Part shown: one piece after another, positions 1 to 9,979 of the stretch | How positions within the stretch are numbered: position 1 is the first letter of the stretch | Layout of the letters: every line of letters begins with the position of its first letter | Source: an uncultured Phycisphaerales bacterium | GTDB taxonomy: Bacteria > Planctomycetota > Phycisphaerae > Sedimentisphaerales > Anaerobacaceae | Length of the DNA: 64,000 bases | Reading direction: 5' to 3' | Assembly (NCBI GenBank): GCA_963718665.1 | Contig: OY970359.1 | Coordinates: forward strand, 2,112,001 to 2,176,000 | Program-made: the position numbers and the translations under genes | The notes under the pieces: generated by a model | Told to the model about the DNA's origin: nothing | The model's input: the letters and a program-made list of their open reading frames with translations, nothing else | Databases searched by the model: none

Positions 1-11
1 AAAGGTAATAT

Positions 12-206
12 ATGGCTATAAAACAAGATAATAATGAAAACGCAGCAAACGACGCCATCATTAAAGATATTCGAAACGCGGTTGTAGGCCTTGATTATGG
101 AACCGTAACAATAAAGGTGCACAACGCAAAGATAACACAAATCGAGATAACCCAGAAAAGACGCTACGATGACAGCGGCTTAGTTGAGAGAGGGGGTGGC
201 ATTTAA
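12..206 (+). CDS. YezD/DUF2292-family small protein
   Basis: 64 aa with the pattern 'GLDYGTVTIKVHNAKITQIE' typical of DUF2292; heads a sulfur-metabolism operon. Confidence 0.75.
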   Translation: MAIKQDNNENAANDAIIKDIRNAVVGLDYGTVTIKVHNAKITQIEITQKRRYDDSGLVERGGGI

Positions 207-341
207 CGTAAGCAGTGTTTTAGGCCAAGCGGTCAGGCCGCGTTGGCTGAAGTGATATATGTTTGAATAAAAAATATTAATTACCCGCAGGAACAACCAG
301 TCATCTGGAAACCACCTGCCAGACAGTAAGGAGATTTTCAG

Positions 342-1154
342 ATGAAGAAGTTACTTGTTGTAAGTTTGGTTGTTTTTGTAAGTATTTTTGCGAATATGGC
401 TTTAGCAGGTGTTCCACTAAACAATGTTGAAGGAGTCGGCGGTATCGCATTTAACCCCCTTGCGTACACGGCAGGCACAAACGGTGACGCAAATTCATTC
501 TTCGGCGAAAACATCAGCAAGCCGCAGATTGGTTTGTGGAACATTCATCTTCACGAAAAAGGTATCGACTGGACAACGTTCGGCGTCGCGGAAACATTTT
601 TCAAACGTGTCGAGCTTTCATACGGCCACGAGACGGTTGACTTTACAAATTCCAAGACAATAAATAAAGACAATTTCGGAGCGAAAGTGCTGCTGCTTTC
701 CGAAGGCGATATTCTGCCGGCGATTTCAATCGGAGGGGTCTTTAAAAACACCACACAGGAACTACTCAACTCATCAAATTCAGGAGCTGACTACTATTTG
801 GTTGGAACAAAGCTCATTAAGGCGCTGCCATGGCCGGTGCTGTTATCCGGCGGCGTGCTTTCCACCAATAGCCAGACACTTGGCGTTCTCGGATTCAACG
901 ACAGCAGAAAAGAAGTGTTGTTCGGAAACGTCGATGTCATTCCGCTGTCAAACGCCGCGGTCGGCTTCGAATACAGACAGGGAGCACATTACGACGATTG
1001 GAAAGATGCCAACTACTGGGATGCACACGTTGCCTGGTTTGTGAACTCGAACCTGATGCTGGTTGCGGCGTACGTCAACACCGGTGACCAAGGATCAACG
1101 AAAGCATTTGGTCTCGGCGACGGACTCGTATTAAGCGCTCAGTACCAATTCTAA
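342..1154 (+). CDS. exported, probable outer-membrane beta-barrel protein (DUF3034-like)
   Basis: Signal peptide, 'EGVGG' N-terminal motif, amphipathic strands, C-terminal Phe (AQYQF); RBS AAGGAG. Confidence 0.6.
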   Translation: MKKLLVVSLVVFVSIFANMALAGVPLNNVEGVGGIAFNPLAYTAGTNGDANSFFGENISKPQIGLWNIHLHEKGIDWTTFGVAETFFKRVELSYGHETVDFTNSKTINKDNFGAKVLLLSEGDILPAISIGGVFKNTTQELLNSSNSGADYYLVGTKLIKALPWPVLLSGGVLSTNSQTLGVLGFNDSRKEVLFGNVDVIPLSNAAVGFEYRQGAHYDDWKDANYWDAHVAWFVNSNLMLVAAYVNTGDQGSTKAFGLGDGLVLSAQYQF

Positions 1155-1193
1155 ATTTAAAAAACTCATATTGTAACGAAAGGAGTGTATTAA

Positions 1194-2486
1194 ATGAGCA
1201 AAATTGACCAGAAACTGAAATCGGAATCGATACTGCTACACGGCGGGCAGGAGCCCGACCCGACAACGGGCTCCAGAGCTGTGCCGATTTACCAGACAAC
1301 ATCGTACCAGTTCAAAAATACCGAGCACGCCGCCAACCTATTCGGCCTCAGAGAGTTCGGCAACATTTACACGCGAATTATGAACCCCACCAATGACGTG
1401 CTCGAAAAGCGAATCGCTCTTCTGGACGGCGGCGTCGGCGCACTGGCAGTCTCAAGTGGGCAGGCGGCAAGCACGCTGGCGGTTCTGAATATCGCGCAGG
1501 CAGGCGATGAAATTGTGTCCGCGGATAATCTTTACGGCGGGACATACAACCTGTTTCATTACACGCTGCCGAAGTTCGGGGTAAACGTCAAATTCGTAAA
1601 ATCGAATGATTTGGCCGCGTTTCAAAAGGCCATAACGCCACGGACGAAGGCGATTTACGCAGAATCGATAGGCAACCCGAAATTAGACGTTGCGGATTTA
1701 GAGGGCATTTCCAAGGTTGCCCACAAAAACGGTGTTCCTTTTATACTGGACAACACCGTTTCACCCTACCTGCTCCGACCATTCGACTTCGGAGTGGACA
1801 TCATTGTGTATTCGGCGACGAAGTTTATCGGCGGGCACGGGACATCCATTGGCGGGTTAATTGTCGATTCCGGAAAGTTCGACTGGACAAACGGCAAGTT
1901 CCCGCTGATTGCAGACGCGGACCCGAGTTATCACGGCCTGAATTTCGTCGAGGCGCTGAAGCCATTGGGCAATATCGCCTATATTATCAAGGCCCGTGTA
2001 ACTCTCTTGCGCGATGTCGGGGCTGCCCTATCGCCATTCAACGCGTTTCTGTTCCTTCAGGGACTGGAAACACTGCACCTGAGAATGCCGAGACACTCGG
2101 AAAATGCGCTGGCAGTGGCTAAATATCTGAGCAAACACCCCAAGGTCTCGTGGGTGAATTACCCGGGTCTTGATTCAAGCCCAGACAAAGAAAGAGTGAA
2201 AAAATATCTGCCCAAGGGTGCTGGAGCAATTCTGGGCTTCGGGATTAAAGGCGGCTCGGAGGCAGGAAGAAAGTTTATCGATTCGCTGGAACTGATTTCG
2301 CACCTTGCAAATATCGGCGATGCTAAGACCTTAGCCATTCATCCGGCTACGACCACGCATCAGCAGTTGTCGCCTGAGGAGCAGTTAGCGACCGGCGTAA
2401 CGCCTGATTTCGTGCGGCTGTCAATAGGCATCGAGAACGTCGATGACATAATCGCGGATATCGAACAGGCATTGAAAAAGGTATGA
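1194..2486 (+). CDS. metY: O-acetylhomoserine/O-acetylserine sulfhydrylase (PLP)
   Basis: [29 protein letters not shown] (PLP lysine), HLANIGDAK. Confidence 0.93.
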   Translation: MSKIDQKLKSESILLHGGQEPDPTTGSRAVPIYQTTSYQFKNTEHAANLFGLREFGNIYTRIMNPTNDVLEKRIALLDGGVGALAVSSGQAASTLAVLNIAQAGDEIVSADNLYGGTYNLFHYTLPKFGVNVKFVKSNDLAAFQKAITPRTKAIYAESIGNPKLDVADLEGISKVAHKNGVPFILDNTVSPYLLRPFDFGVDIIVYSATKFIGGHGTSIGGLIVDSGKFDWTNGKFPLIADADPSYHGLNFVEALKPLGNIAYIIKARVTLLRDVGAALSPFNAFLFLQGLETLHLRMPRHSENALAVAKYLSKHPKVSWVNYPGLDSSPDKERVKKYLPKGAGAILGFGIKGGSEAGRKFIDSLELISHLANIGDAKTLAIHPATTTHQQLSPEEQLATGVTPDFVRLSIGIENVDDIIADIEQALKKV

Positions 2487-2507
2487 ACATAAGTAAGGAG
2501 AAATAAA

Positions 2508-3443
2508 ATGAGCAGGATATTTAAAGATATAACCAGGACCATCGGCAACACGCCGTTGGTGCAACTGAACAGAATTACGGAAGGCCTGAACGCCACGGTA
2601 TTGGCCAAGCTGGAATCGTTCAATCCTCTTTCGAGCGTCAAGGATCGCATCGGGATAGCGATGATTGAAGATGCCGAGAGAAGAGGTCTGCTTGGCAAGG
2701 ACTCAGTGATTATCGAGCCGACGAGCGGCAACACCGGAATCGCGCTGGCGTTTGTCGCGGCGGCGAAGGGTTACCGGCTGATACTGACTATGCCCGAAAC
2801 GATGAGCGTCGAAAGGAGGCAGTTGTTCAAAATCTTCGGCGCGGAATTGGTGCTTACCGAAGGCCCGAAGGGAATGAAAGGCGCAGTCGAAAAATCGGAA
2901 GAGCTTGCCAAAACTACACCAAACAGCATTATCCTGCAGCAGTTCAACAATCCTGCTAACCCGGAAATACATCGCAGAACAACTGCTGAAGAGATATGGA
3001 ACGATACCGACGGCAAGGTGGATATATTGGTGGCTGGCATCGGCACAGGCGGCACTATTACCGGAGTCGCCGAGGTAATCAAGCAACGCAAAAAGACATT
3101 CAAGGCGATTGCTGTCGAACCCGAATCCTCGCCGGTGCTGTCCGGAGGAAAGCCGGGGCCACATAAAATCCAGGGGATAGGCGCGGGCTTTGTGCCGCAG
3201 GTTTTGAACAGGGAAATAATCGACGAGATTATAAAAGTTAAAGACGCGGACGCGGGCTCTACTGCCAGACTATTGGCGAAGCTGGAAGGTATTCTCGGCG
3301 GTATCTCGAGCGGAGCTGCTTTATGGGCTGCGCTGGAAGTGGCAAGGTGGCCTGAAAACGCTGGCAAGACAATCGTTGTTGTCCTGCCCGATACTGGTGA
3401 ACGATACCTTTCCACATGGTTGTTCCAGGAAGTACAAACATGA
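2508..3443 (+). CDS. cysK: cysteine synthase A
   Basis: SVKDRIG (PLP lysine), [24 protein letters not shown]. Confidence 0.96.
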   Translation: MSRIFKDITRTIGNTPLVQLNRITEGLNATVLAKLESFNPLSSVKDRIGIAMIEDAERRGLLGKDSVIIEPTSGNTGIALAFVAAAKGYRLILTMPETMSVERRQLFKIFGAELVLTEGPKGMKGAVEKSEELAKTTPNSIILQQFNNPANPEIHRRTTAEEIWNDTDGKVDILVAGIGTGGTITGVAEVIKQRKKTFKAIAVEPESSPVLSGGKPGPHKIQGIGAGFVPQVLNREIIDEIIKVKDADAGSTARLLAKLEGILGGISSGAALWAALEVARWPENAGKTIVVVLPDTGERYLSTWLFQEVQT

Positions 3444-3519
3444 TAACAGAGAAAGTGAGAGAGCAATTAAGCAGTGTTGGCGTTGTCGCAGGTAACATAG
3501 GAAAGGAGATAAGATACCT

Positions 3520-3699
3520 ATGCCGTTTATTAACCTGAAGCTGGTCGGCAAACTGACCAAAAAGCAAAAGGAAATAATCGCTCGCGAGTTTTCTCAAACG
3601 TTGTTTGAGGTCGCGGGTAAAAAGAAAGAAAGCACGTATCTGGTCATTGACGAAGTCAAAGGGATCGATTGGGCACAGGGGGATAAATTCTTCGGCTAA
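3520..3699 (+). CDS. 4-oxalocrotonate tautomerase family protein, 59 aa (absent from ORF track)
   Basis: MPFINLKLVGKLTKKQKEIIAREFSQTLFEVAGKKKESTYLVIDEVKGIDWAQGDKFFG; Pro-1 after Met; RBS AAAGGAG. Confidence 0.85.
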   Translation: MPFINLKLVGKLTKKQKEIIAREFSQTLFEVAGKKKESTYLVIDEVKGIDWAQGDKFFG

Positions 3700-3717
3700 A
3701 CTGGTAATAGAGAGATT

Positions 3718-3784
3718 ATATACTGCTCCCCCTTAAAAAATACCACCATATTTTGGCCTATTCCTTAACGGGGGAGCAGTATAT
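3718..3784. terminator. 15-bp perfect inverted repeat with long loop after the sulfur operon; possible terminator or processing stem
   Basis: ATATACTGCTCCCCC (3718-3732) pairs with GGGGGAGCAGTATAT (3770-3784). Confidence 0.5.
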
Positions 3785-3957
3785 TAGCTTTGTCTTCCAA
3801 TTGTATCTGGCCGGCGTCATTCTGGTGTCAGTGATGTCTGTGTTACGAGTGTATTTACAGTGCGTAACCAGTTTATTGCCACTATGGAGCCATTATTGAC
3901 GCCCAAATATCACACATAAATATATGAAGGACAAGCACTTGCGAGCGGAAATCATAT

Positions 3958-4002
3958 ATGGCATGCAAGAGGTCGCGGGTCCGAATCCTACTGGCTCCAT
4001 TG
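3958..4002 (+). repeat. degenerate 3' half of tRNA-Ala(GGC), att-like direct repeat copy 1
   Basis: ATGGCATGCAAGAGGTCGCGGGTCCGAATCCTACTGGCTCCATTG: anticodon loop, T-arm and acceptor 3' strand; no 5' half. Confidence 0.85.
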
Positions 4003-4391
4003 CTATAAGTTACTGTCCCACTCAAAAATTCATCCGGCCATAAAAGTTGACGTTTTTTGGATGTGGATGGGGGGAAATTGCTTATTGGCAAGTTGATATT
4101 AACTGATTTTGGAAGGGGCTTTCTCTGGCCGGAACGCGTTTTTTTGCTTAATCTCCATTCTCGTACTATAAAAAATTCGTCCAACGCACGAAACGGCGCG
4201 CATCCGACAGCAGGATTACGGGTAAGTTAGCTACAAAACTATCAGGCGGCATTGCAGATTCCGATACGCTGAATCTCCCCATCTATGCGAAAAAACATAG
4301 TCATTTCACCTGTATTGTCTACGTTTTTGAGTTGACTTGATGCTTAAATATGGGCCTGATGGGTGGGGGATTAGTAATGAAAGGTTCAATT

Positions 4392-4730
4392 ATGACCGCC
4401 ATCTGGAAGGTAACGGAAGCAGACATCCTAAGCAGGGGTGAAGTGGAGGAGATTTGGTCGCAGTTATGTTTAAGGTCAGTTCGCTCGCGGAATGGCCGCC
4501 AGAGCCGGGTCATCTTCTGCCTGTCTGCCTTTTGCGGTCTGCGCGTATCGGAGATATGCGGCCTTCGCCTCTGTGATGCCAAGTTGACCATTCTCCGTCC
4601 GGTGCTGGAGATAAGACCACAGATTGCAAAACAACATCGACGCCGTAGTGTGCCACTATGGAGATTACCTACGGCCCTGGCCTGTCTTTTGGATTGGAAG
4701 GCCCAGCGTCGGGAAGGGCAGCGGAGATAA
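4392..4730 (+). pseudogene. truncated tyrosine recombinase/integrase
   Basis: CGLRVSEICGL (box I Arg) and AKQHRRRSVPL present; stops before the HxxR and catalytic Tyr motifs. Confidence 0.75.
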
Positions 4731-5062
4731 CTCCCTGCTTAACTCTACTTTCTCGCGCAGCGCAGGGTTTCCCTGCCAAATCACTTGACCAAATACGTTT
4801 TTCTAGTATTATCTATCTCGTTCAAAACTATCGCATCTATGGCCCGCATCAGCCGAGCAGCTTTTTCCCTCTGAGCATTATCAAACAAACCACGCTGCAT
4901 TCGGTCTTAGGGCACAAGGCCAATCAGGATTAAGCCATTGGATTGTTGTAACCTGAGTAAGATTTTGATATTATTGCAGAATTGAAAAGCTTGGTTGCGT
5001 AGCCGAGCGTTTAGTATGGGAAATGTCAGATTGTTTATAGTTTTGCTAATTGAGAAGATAAA

Positions 5063-5914
5063 ATGGATAGTATACAGCAAATAATTTCCAAATTTCTTAA
5101 TCTCGGTATTGTTAGTATAGCTCTTTCTGTCCTACTTTATGATAAATTTGATTTTCCTCATCGTGATATCGTGGTCAGCATTGTTATTATAGTTATCGTT
5201 CTGTTTTTAGTATTTATGATATTATATTATGCGATTCGATGTGCTTTATATGAAATTAAGGTTCGTACCCAGAGCATAATTGGAGAAAGGATGGAATATA
5301 CATGCCAATTTATTAATAACAAGGGGACGCTTGGTGATACTGTTCGATATAGACTACGTAATATTTCTACTATACCTCTGATGAAAGTATTTGTAGATTC
5401 GGAAGGTTTTGCTAAGAATATTAATTTCGTGCCAAATTATTATTTTGAGGAGAGAAGCAAATTGCCCGACGGCAAAATTAAAGTTATTGGAAACAATGTA
5501 TCATTATCCGAATACCCAGAATATTCTTCGGGGATTAAAATTTATCAAGGTTTGTGGGGGGTAACCATTGAACCTCCACTTCAACCTTCTGAATCAGTAA
5601 TATTTGCAAGAAGTAGTATCGATGATGTTGTTGAAGATAGGGCTTTTGCACCGGAGGGGACCGATTTTATTTTTGCCTCCACAATACCATTTCGTTCTCT
5701 TTATATTGTTATTCATGCTCCTCCTGGGTATAAGATATCAAAGGCAAAACGAACTGTGGTTTCACAATCTGGAAAGGAAATTGTATTTGGTAATAATAGG
5801 GGCAGCTTCGCCGAGATAAATCGGAATACCATGATCTGGAAAATATCATATTCAAATCCATCCTTAAGATATAAAATACATTTTTCGTTAGAAGAAGTTT
5901 CAAATGCCGGATGA
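5063..5914 (+). CDS. hypothetical protein, two N-terminal TM helices plus soluble beta-rich domain
   Basis: 283-aa AT-rich ORF with two hydrophobic segments in the first ~60 aa; ATGA overlap with next gene. Confidence 0.7.
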   Translation: MDSIQQIISKFLNLGIVSIALSVLLYDKFDFPHRDIVVSIVIIVIVLFLVFMILYYAIRCALYEIKVRTQSIIGERMEYTCQFINNKGTLGDTVRYRLRNISTIPLMKVFVDSEGFAKNINFVPNYYFEERSKLPDGKIKVIGNNVSLSEYPEYSSGIKIYQGLWGVTIEPPLQPSESVIFARSSIDDVVEDRAFAPEGTDFIFASTIPFRSLYIVIHAPPGYKISKAKRTVVSQSGKEIVFGNNRGSFAEINRNTMIWKISYSNPSLRYKIHFSLEEVSNAG

Positions 5915-6498
5915 ACATGAGAAAATATAGAATATTTAGGTTTCTATGCACAAAATGTGGTAGGTGTTGCAGAACTCGCCGAATTGGAGAAACCGTAGTT
6001 TTATATGAAAGGGACATTGTTATTCTTGCCGATGCACTTGGAATAAAAGAGGATGCTTTCATATCCATCTATGCTAAATGCTATGAATACAATTATATTA
6101 CTCAATCTTCTTGTCTATGCATACGCAGAATTGTTCTTCCATGCAAAAAAGGTTGTCCGTTTTTGGAAAAAAATATTTGTTCAGTCCATAGTTTTAAACC
6201 TTTTCAATGTGCGGCGTGGCCTTATCTTGAACCGACGTTAAGTTTTGCACATTATAATATGAAATCTTTAGCTTGGTGTCCCGGTTTTGGGCGAGGTTAT
6301 GTTTTGCCTATGGACAAGATTCACAAGTTAATAAATGAACAGAAACAATATGAATCTGATTATTATTCACAAGTTAAAGATCCTACAAGTAAAGTTTGTA
6401 AATGGTTAAATATAATGAAAACGGAAAAGGCATTTGTTATTAAATGCGATAATGATGGTTATTTTAGAAAGGCTACTTTATTGAGAGGAGATGTTTAA
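5911..6498 (+). CDS. YkgJ-family (CxxCxxCC) zinc/iron-chelating protein
   Basis: CTKCGRCC, CPFLEKNICSVHSFKPFQCAAWP, WCPGFGRG. Confidence 0.85.
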   Translation: MNMRKYRIFRFLCTKCGRCCRTRRIGETVVLYERDIVILADALGIKEDAFISIYAKCYEYNYITQSSCLCIRRIVLPCKKGCPFLEKNICSVHSFKPFQCAAWPYLEPTLSFAHYNMKSLAWCPGFGRGYVLPMDKIHKLINEQKQYESDYYSQVKDPTSKVCKWLNIMKTEKAFVIKCDNDGYFRKATLLRGDV

Positions 6499-6546
6499 AT
6501 GAGTGTTCAGTTACCACCAAAACCAGTTGCACCTAAAACTAAATAA
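6499..6546 (+). CDS. putative 15-aa peptide MSVQLPPKPVAPKTK
   Basis: ATG directly after the YkgJ stop; GAGGAG at 6485-6490. Confidence 0.45.
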   Translation: MSVQLPPKPVAPKTK

Positions 6547-6845
6547 GACTGATCAGCAACAATTAGAAATACCGATTGACGACAGTTAAAAGTGCCGTTT
6601 GAAACAGAATGGTATTAGGCTGTCTGGATTTTGGTTTTAGGAGAATTCAGATGGTCAGGGATGTTTGACGTCAGCTATCTGGACGCGCCAATTCTTGAAG
6701 TGGACTACTCGAAATTTCTGCAATCGGGTGCAATGGGATGCAATCCCACGCAATATTTGCAAAATAAACTTGCGATTTTACTATCTTTATAGTTCATTGT
6801 GGCCACAATGGTTACGGTAAAAACGCGAATTTTTGACCAATGCGC

Positions 6846-6890
6846 ATGGCATGCAAGAGGTCGCGGATTTGAATCCCACTGGCTCCATTG
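6846..6890 (+). repeat. degenerate 3' half of tRNA-Ala(GGC), att-like direct repeat copy 2
   Basis: ATGGCATGCAAGAGGTCGCGGATTTGAATCCCACTGGCTCCATTG; no 5' half. Confidence 0.85.
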
Positions 6891-7050
6891 GCATATCCGG
6901 GGTAACTTTGCTTTTTTATGCCCTCTGTTTTCGCTGTTAACTATTTTGCTGCCAATCGGCTGGTCTGAATTATTGCCGGCCACATTTCTCCGTTGCCAAT
7001 GAGTATTCTCTGTGTTATCTTAACCGCTGTAAAACTGATGGAGAACGCTG

Positions 7051-7962
7051 GTGGAACTGACATGGTCAATTAGATTGAGAATCGCGGCGGCAGCGGCAGT
7101 GGGTATCGCCGTAATAGGCGTATATGCTTGGCCTATTGTTGCGCCCGCGGATCCGTTCGGTGTTGTCTCTGTTACCAACAGCACAATAGGTTCTTATGGC
7201 GTACTTGTATTGTTGGGACTGGCATTTGGCGTCGGTCTGATAGCGTATTTCTTATCGTGGCCATACGGCAGTCGAATCGGGATATTGGCAGTGCCGGCGG
7301 GGCTGGCTGTCTGGGCGGTGCGCAGCGGCGATATAGGGACATTGATGCAGCTCAATACCTCTATCGTTCACAGGCAGCAGATTTACTCGACGTTTTGCTG
7401 GGAGCCGTTGCTTTGGCTGTCAATAGTAGTTGCGGGTTACCTCGGTGTGTTTCTCGCCTCGCAAATTGTGCACCCGGCTGCAACCGGCGAAGCAGGCAAA
7501 CCACAAAAACGCAGTTTCGGCGTTCTTCTCAATATCGTAATAGCGGTTGTTGGTTCCGCGGTAGTTGCTCAGTTTTTTATCGGAATTTTAGCGCGTGATT
7601 TCACGATATGGGATTCGGCATCCGGCGCCGCAGTAGCTCAGCCCGCAATAGGCCAGATTGTATTTGCCGTGCTTGTTTCGTTTGGTATTGTCGGCTTTTT
7701 GACTCAAATGGTACTCGGTGTAGATTACATCTGGCCCGTTATAGGAACATGTCTGGTAAATTTCGTGGCAGTAAGCGCTTACGGCAAGTACAAAGTTCTT
7801 GAGTACTTCATCGAGCGCTGGCCTGCGATGTTTTTCTCCAATTCGGTTCTGGCGGTGTTGCCTGTTCAGATTGTGGCTTTCGGCTCACTCGGTGCAATCG
7901 CCGGATACTGGATGGCCGTCCGATATGATTACTGGCACCAGCACGAGGTCAAAGGCGAATAA
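7051..7962 (+). CDS. hypothetical polytopic membrane protein
   Basis: 303 aa with about 8 hydrophobic segments; GTG start after GGAG. Confidence 0.8.
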   Translation: MELTWSIRLRIAAAAAVGIAVIGVYAWPIVAPADPFGVVSVTNSTIGSYGVLVLLGLAFGVGLIAYFLSWPYGSRIGILAVPAGLAVWAVRSGDIGTLMQLNTSIVHRQQIYSTFCWEPLLWLSIVVAGYLGVFLASQIVHPAATGEAGKPQKRSFGVLLNIVIAVVGSAVVAQFFIGILARDFTIWDSASGAAVAQPAIGQIVFAVLVSFGIVGFLTQMVLGVDYIWPVIGTCLVNFVAVSAYGKYKVLEYFIERWPAMFFSNSVLAVLPVQIVAFGSLGAIAGYWMAVRYDYWHQHEVKGE

Positions 7963-8255
7963 AATACCCCATTTTACCCCGTTCTGAGGGGGAGTTTCAT
8001 CTTTTTTTGGCACCAATTATTGGCCTTAACTTGTTGCTGCATAAACACTTAAGCTCTATTCGTCCCATAACCAGCCATTGCACTGACAACAAAGTTGGAA
8101 TTCGTTGTTTTCAGTCCTTAAATTAGCCGAAGAATTATTTGGATTTGCAGATTAACTGTGCACCCTGGGGCGGCGATTAAAATCGTTGCTAGTGAACAGT
8201 CGATTTGCTCGTCGCGTAGAAATAATGACGGCCCAATCTGCAAAAGGAGTTAACG

Positions 8256-8447
8256 ATGCTGGTGCTGAGCAGACAAAAAGATGAGTCGATAATAATAGGC
8301 GACGACGTGGAAGTTACGATAGTGGACGTCCGCGGTGATAAGGTTCGCCTTGGGATAACCGCGCCGAAGCATATATCGGTGCATCGCAAAGAGGTATATG
8401 AGGCGATTCAGCGGGAGAAGAAAGAGGCACAGAAACAGCAGCAGTAG
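8256..8447 (+). CDS. csrA: carbon storage regulator CsrA
   Basis: [17 protein letters not shown]...[18 protein letters not shown]. Confidence 0.96.
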   Translation: MLVLSRQKDESIIIGDDVEVTIVDVRGDKVRLGITAPKHISVHRKEVYEAIQREKKEAQKQQQ

Positions 8448-8472
8448 GTGAGTTTTCTCGGGTGTGATTGAC

Positions 8473-8510
8473 CGGCCTGTCGAGAGCAAATACGACAGGC
8501 CGGTTTTTTT
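8473..8510 (+). terminator. intrinsic terminator after csrA
   Basis: ACCGGCCTGTCG-loop-CGACAGGCCGGT followed by a T run. Confidence 0.85.
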
Positions 8511-8581
8511 ATGCGCCAGCCTGTCCGCCGAAGGCGAGTTTTGCCTTGAGGGAATTCACTATGGCTGGTAGAGTAATGATG

Positions 8582-8655
8582 ACCCTCCTTCGCACAAAGC
8601 TACGGAGGGTAGGCGAAGAACATAGGACATCGAACGTCCAGCTTCGAACATTGAA
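8582..8655. repeat. REP-like hairpin plus degenerate heptamer array
   Basis: ACCCTCC-TTCGCACAAAGCTAC-GGAGGGT, then CATAGGA CATCGAA CGTCCAG CTTCGAA CATTGAA. Confidence 0.55.
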
Positions 8656-8682
8656 CGCATAATGAAGAAGGGATTTTGACAA

Positions 8683-9960
8683 ATGAGGGTATTATTGATA
8701 GGCGGCGGGGGCAGAGAAGACGCGATAGCGTGGAAATTGGCGAAGTCGAAAGAGCTTAAAAAGCTGTATATCGCGCCGGGGAATCCGGGCACGGCCAGAT
8801 GGGGAGAAAACGTCGCTATAAAGACAGAGGATATTGGCGAAATAGTCAAATTCGCCAAAGAAAACAAGGTTGAGCTTGTGATAGTGGGGCCTGAGGACCC
8901 GTTAGCGGAAGGTGCGGTTGATGCATTGGAGGCGGCGGGTATAAAGGCGTTTGGGCCGAGTAAGGCGGCGGCACAGTTGGAGGCGGACAAGTCGTTTTCA
9001 AAACAGATAATGCGGTCGAGCGCGGTATCAACTGCTGAAGGCAGGACATTCACCAGGTTCGAGGACGCCAAGGCATATATCGCCAGCAGAGATGAGCCGG
9101 TGGTGGTAAAAGCGGCGGGATTAGCGAAGGGCAAGGGGGTTATAGTTTGCGACGAGCCATCCGACGGGATATTGGCGGCTGAGAAGATAATGGTGGACAG
9201 GATATTCGGCTCGGCGGGCGATAAGGTTGTTGTGGAGGACAAGCTGATAGGCGAAGAGGCGTCGATACTGGCGTTTGTCGATGGCAGGAGCATATATGTA
9301 ATGGAGTCGGCACAGGACCATAAGCCGGTGGGCGACGGGGACACGGGGCCGAACACCGGTGGTATGGGGGCATACAGTCCTGCGCCTGTGGTTACGGACG
9401 CGATGATGAGCCAGATAGAACGGGAGATTTTGGTGCCCGTTGTGGATTGTATGAATCGCAACGACACGCCATATAAGGGTGTGCTGTATGCGGGGCTTAT
9501 GGTAACGGCGGGGGGGCCGAGGGTTTTGGAATTCAATGTTCGATTTGGCGACCCGGAGACACAGCCGATTATGATGCGGCTGAAGAGTGATTTGCTTGAG
9601 GTTTGCCTTGCGGTTTGCGAGCAGAAATTGGACCAGGTGACGCTCGAATGGGACGAGCGGCCTGCGGTATGCGTGGTGATGGCGTCGGGCGGATACCCCG
9701 GCGATTACGAGAAAGGGAAAGTTATAACTGGTATAAACGAGGCCGAACAGTTGAAAAATGTTGTTGTGTTTCACGCAGGGACAGCGATGAAAAACGGCAA
9801 ATTGGTAACGGCGGGGGGCAGAGTGCTCGGTGTAACGGCAATCGGGGCAACGATTGCCGACGCGCAAAAACAGGCGTATGAGGCGGCGGGGAAGATAAAC
9901 TTTGAGGGATCGCATTATCGGCGGGACATCGCGGATAAAGCGATAAGGGGCAAAAAGTAA
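8683..9960 (+). CDS. purD: phosphoribosylamine--glycine ligase
   Basis: GGGGRE, APGNPG, QDHK..GDGDTGPNTGGMGAYSP, EFNVRFGDPETQ. Confidence 0.97.
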   Translation: MRVLLIGGGGREDAIAWKLAKSKELKKLYIAPGNPGTARWGENVAIKTEDIGEIVKFAKENKVELVIVGPEDPLAEGAVDALEAAGIKAFGPSKAAAQLEADKSFSKQIMRSSAVSTAEGRTFTRFEDAKAYIASRDEPVVVKAAGLAKGKGVIVCDEPSDGILAAEKIMVDRIFGSAGDKVVVEDKLIGEEASILAFVDGRSIYVMESAQDHKPVGDGDTGPNTGGMGAYSPAPVVTDAMMSQIEREILVPVVDCMNRNDTPYKGVLYAGLMVTAGGPRVLEFNVRFGDPETQPIMMRLKSDLLEVCLAVCEQKLDQVTLEWDERPAVCVVMASGGYPGDYEKGKVITGINEAEQLKNVVVFHAGTAMKNGKLVTAGGRVLGVTAIGATIADAQKQAYEAAGKINFEGSHYRRDIADKAIRGKK

Positions 9961-9979
9961 TTTTTGGCGACGAGGACGT

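Larger units (their letters stand above)
3958..6890. mobile_element. decayed integrative islet bounded by tRNA-Ala(GGC) fragments
   Basis: 45-bp direct repeats (41/45 identical), tyrosine recombinase remnant, visibly AT-rich cargo. Confidence 0.75.

Noticed and set aside
207..341. SAM-I riboswitch or T-box upstream of metY/cysK
   Set aside because: No SAM-I core or T-box AAGGTGGTACC-like motif visible
3930..4002. Functional tRNA genes at 3958 and 6846
   Set aside because: No 5' acceptor strand or D-arm, and T-arms are mutated; treated as att scars
8008..8025. TGGCAC half-sites near csrA, 25436, 34328 and 55236 as sigma-54 promoters
   Set aside because: No correctly spaced TTGC -12 element
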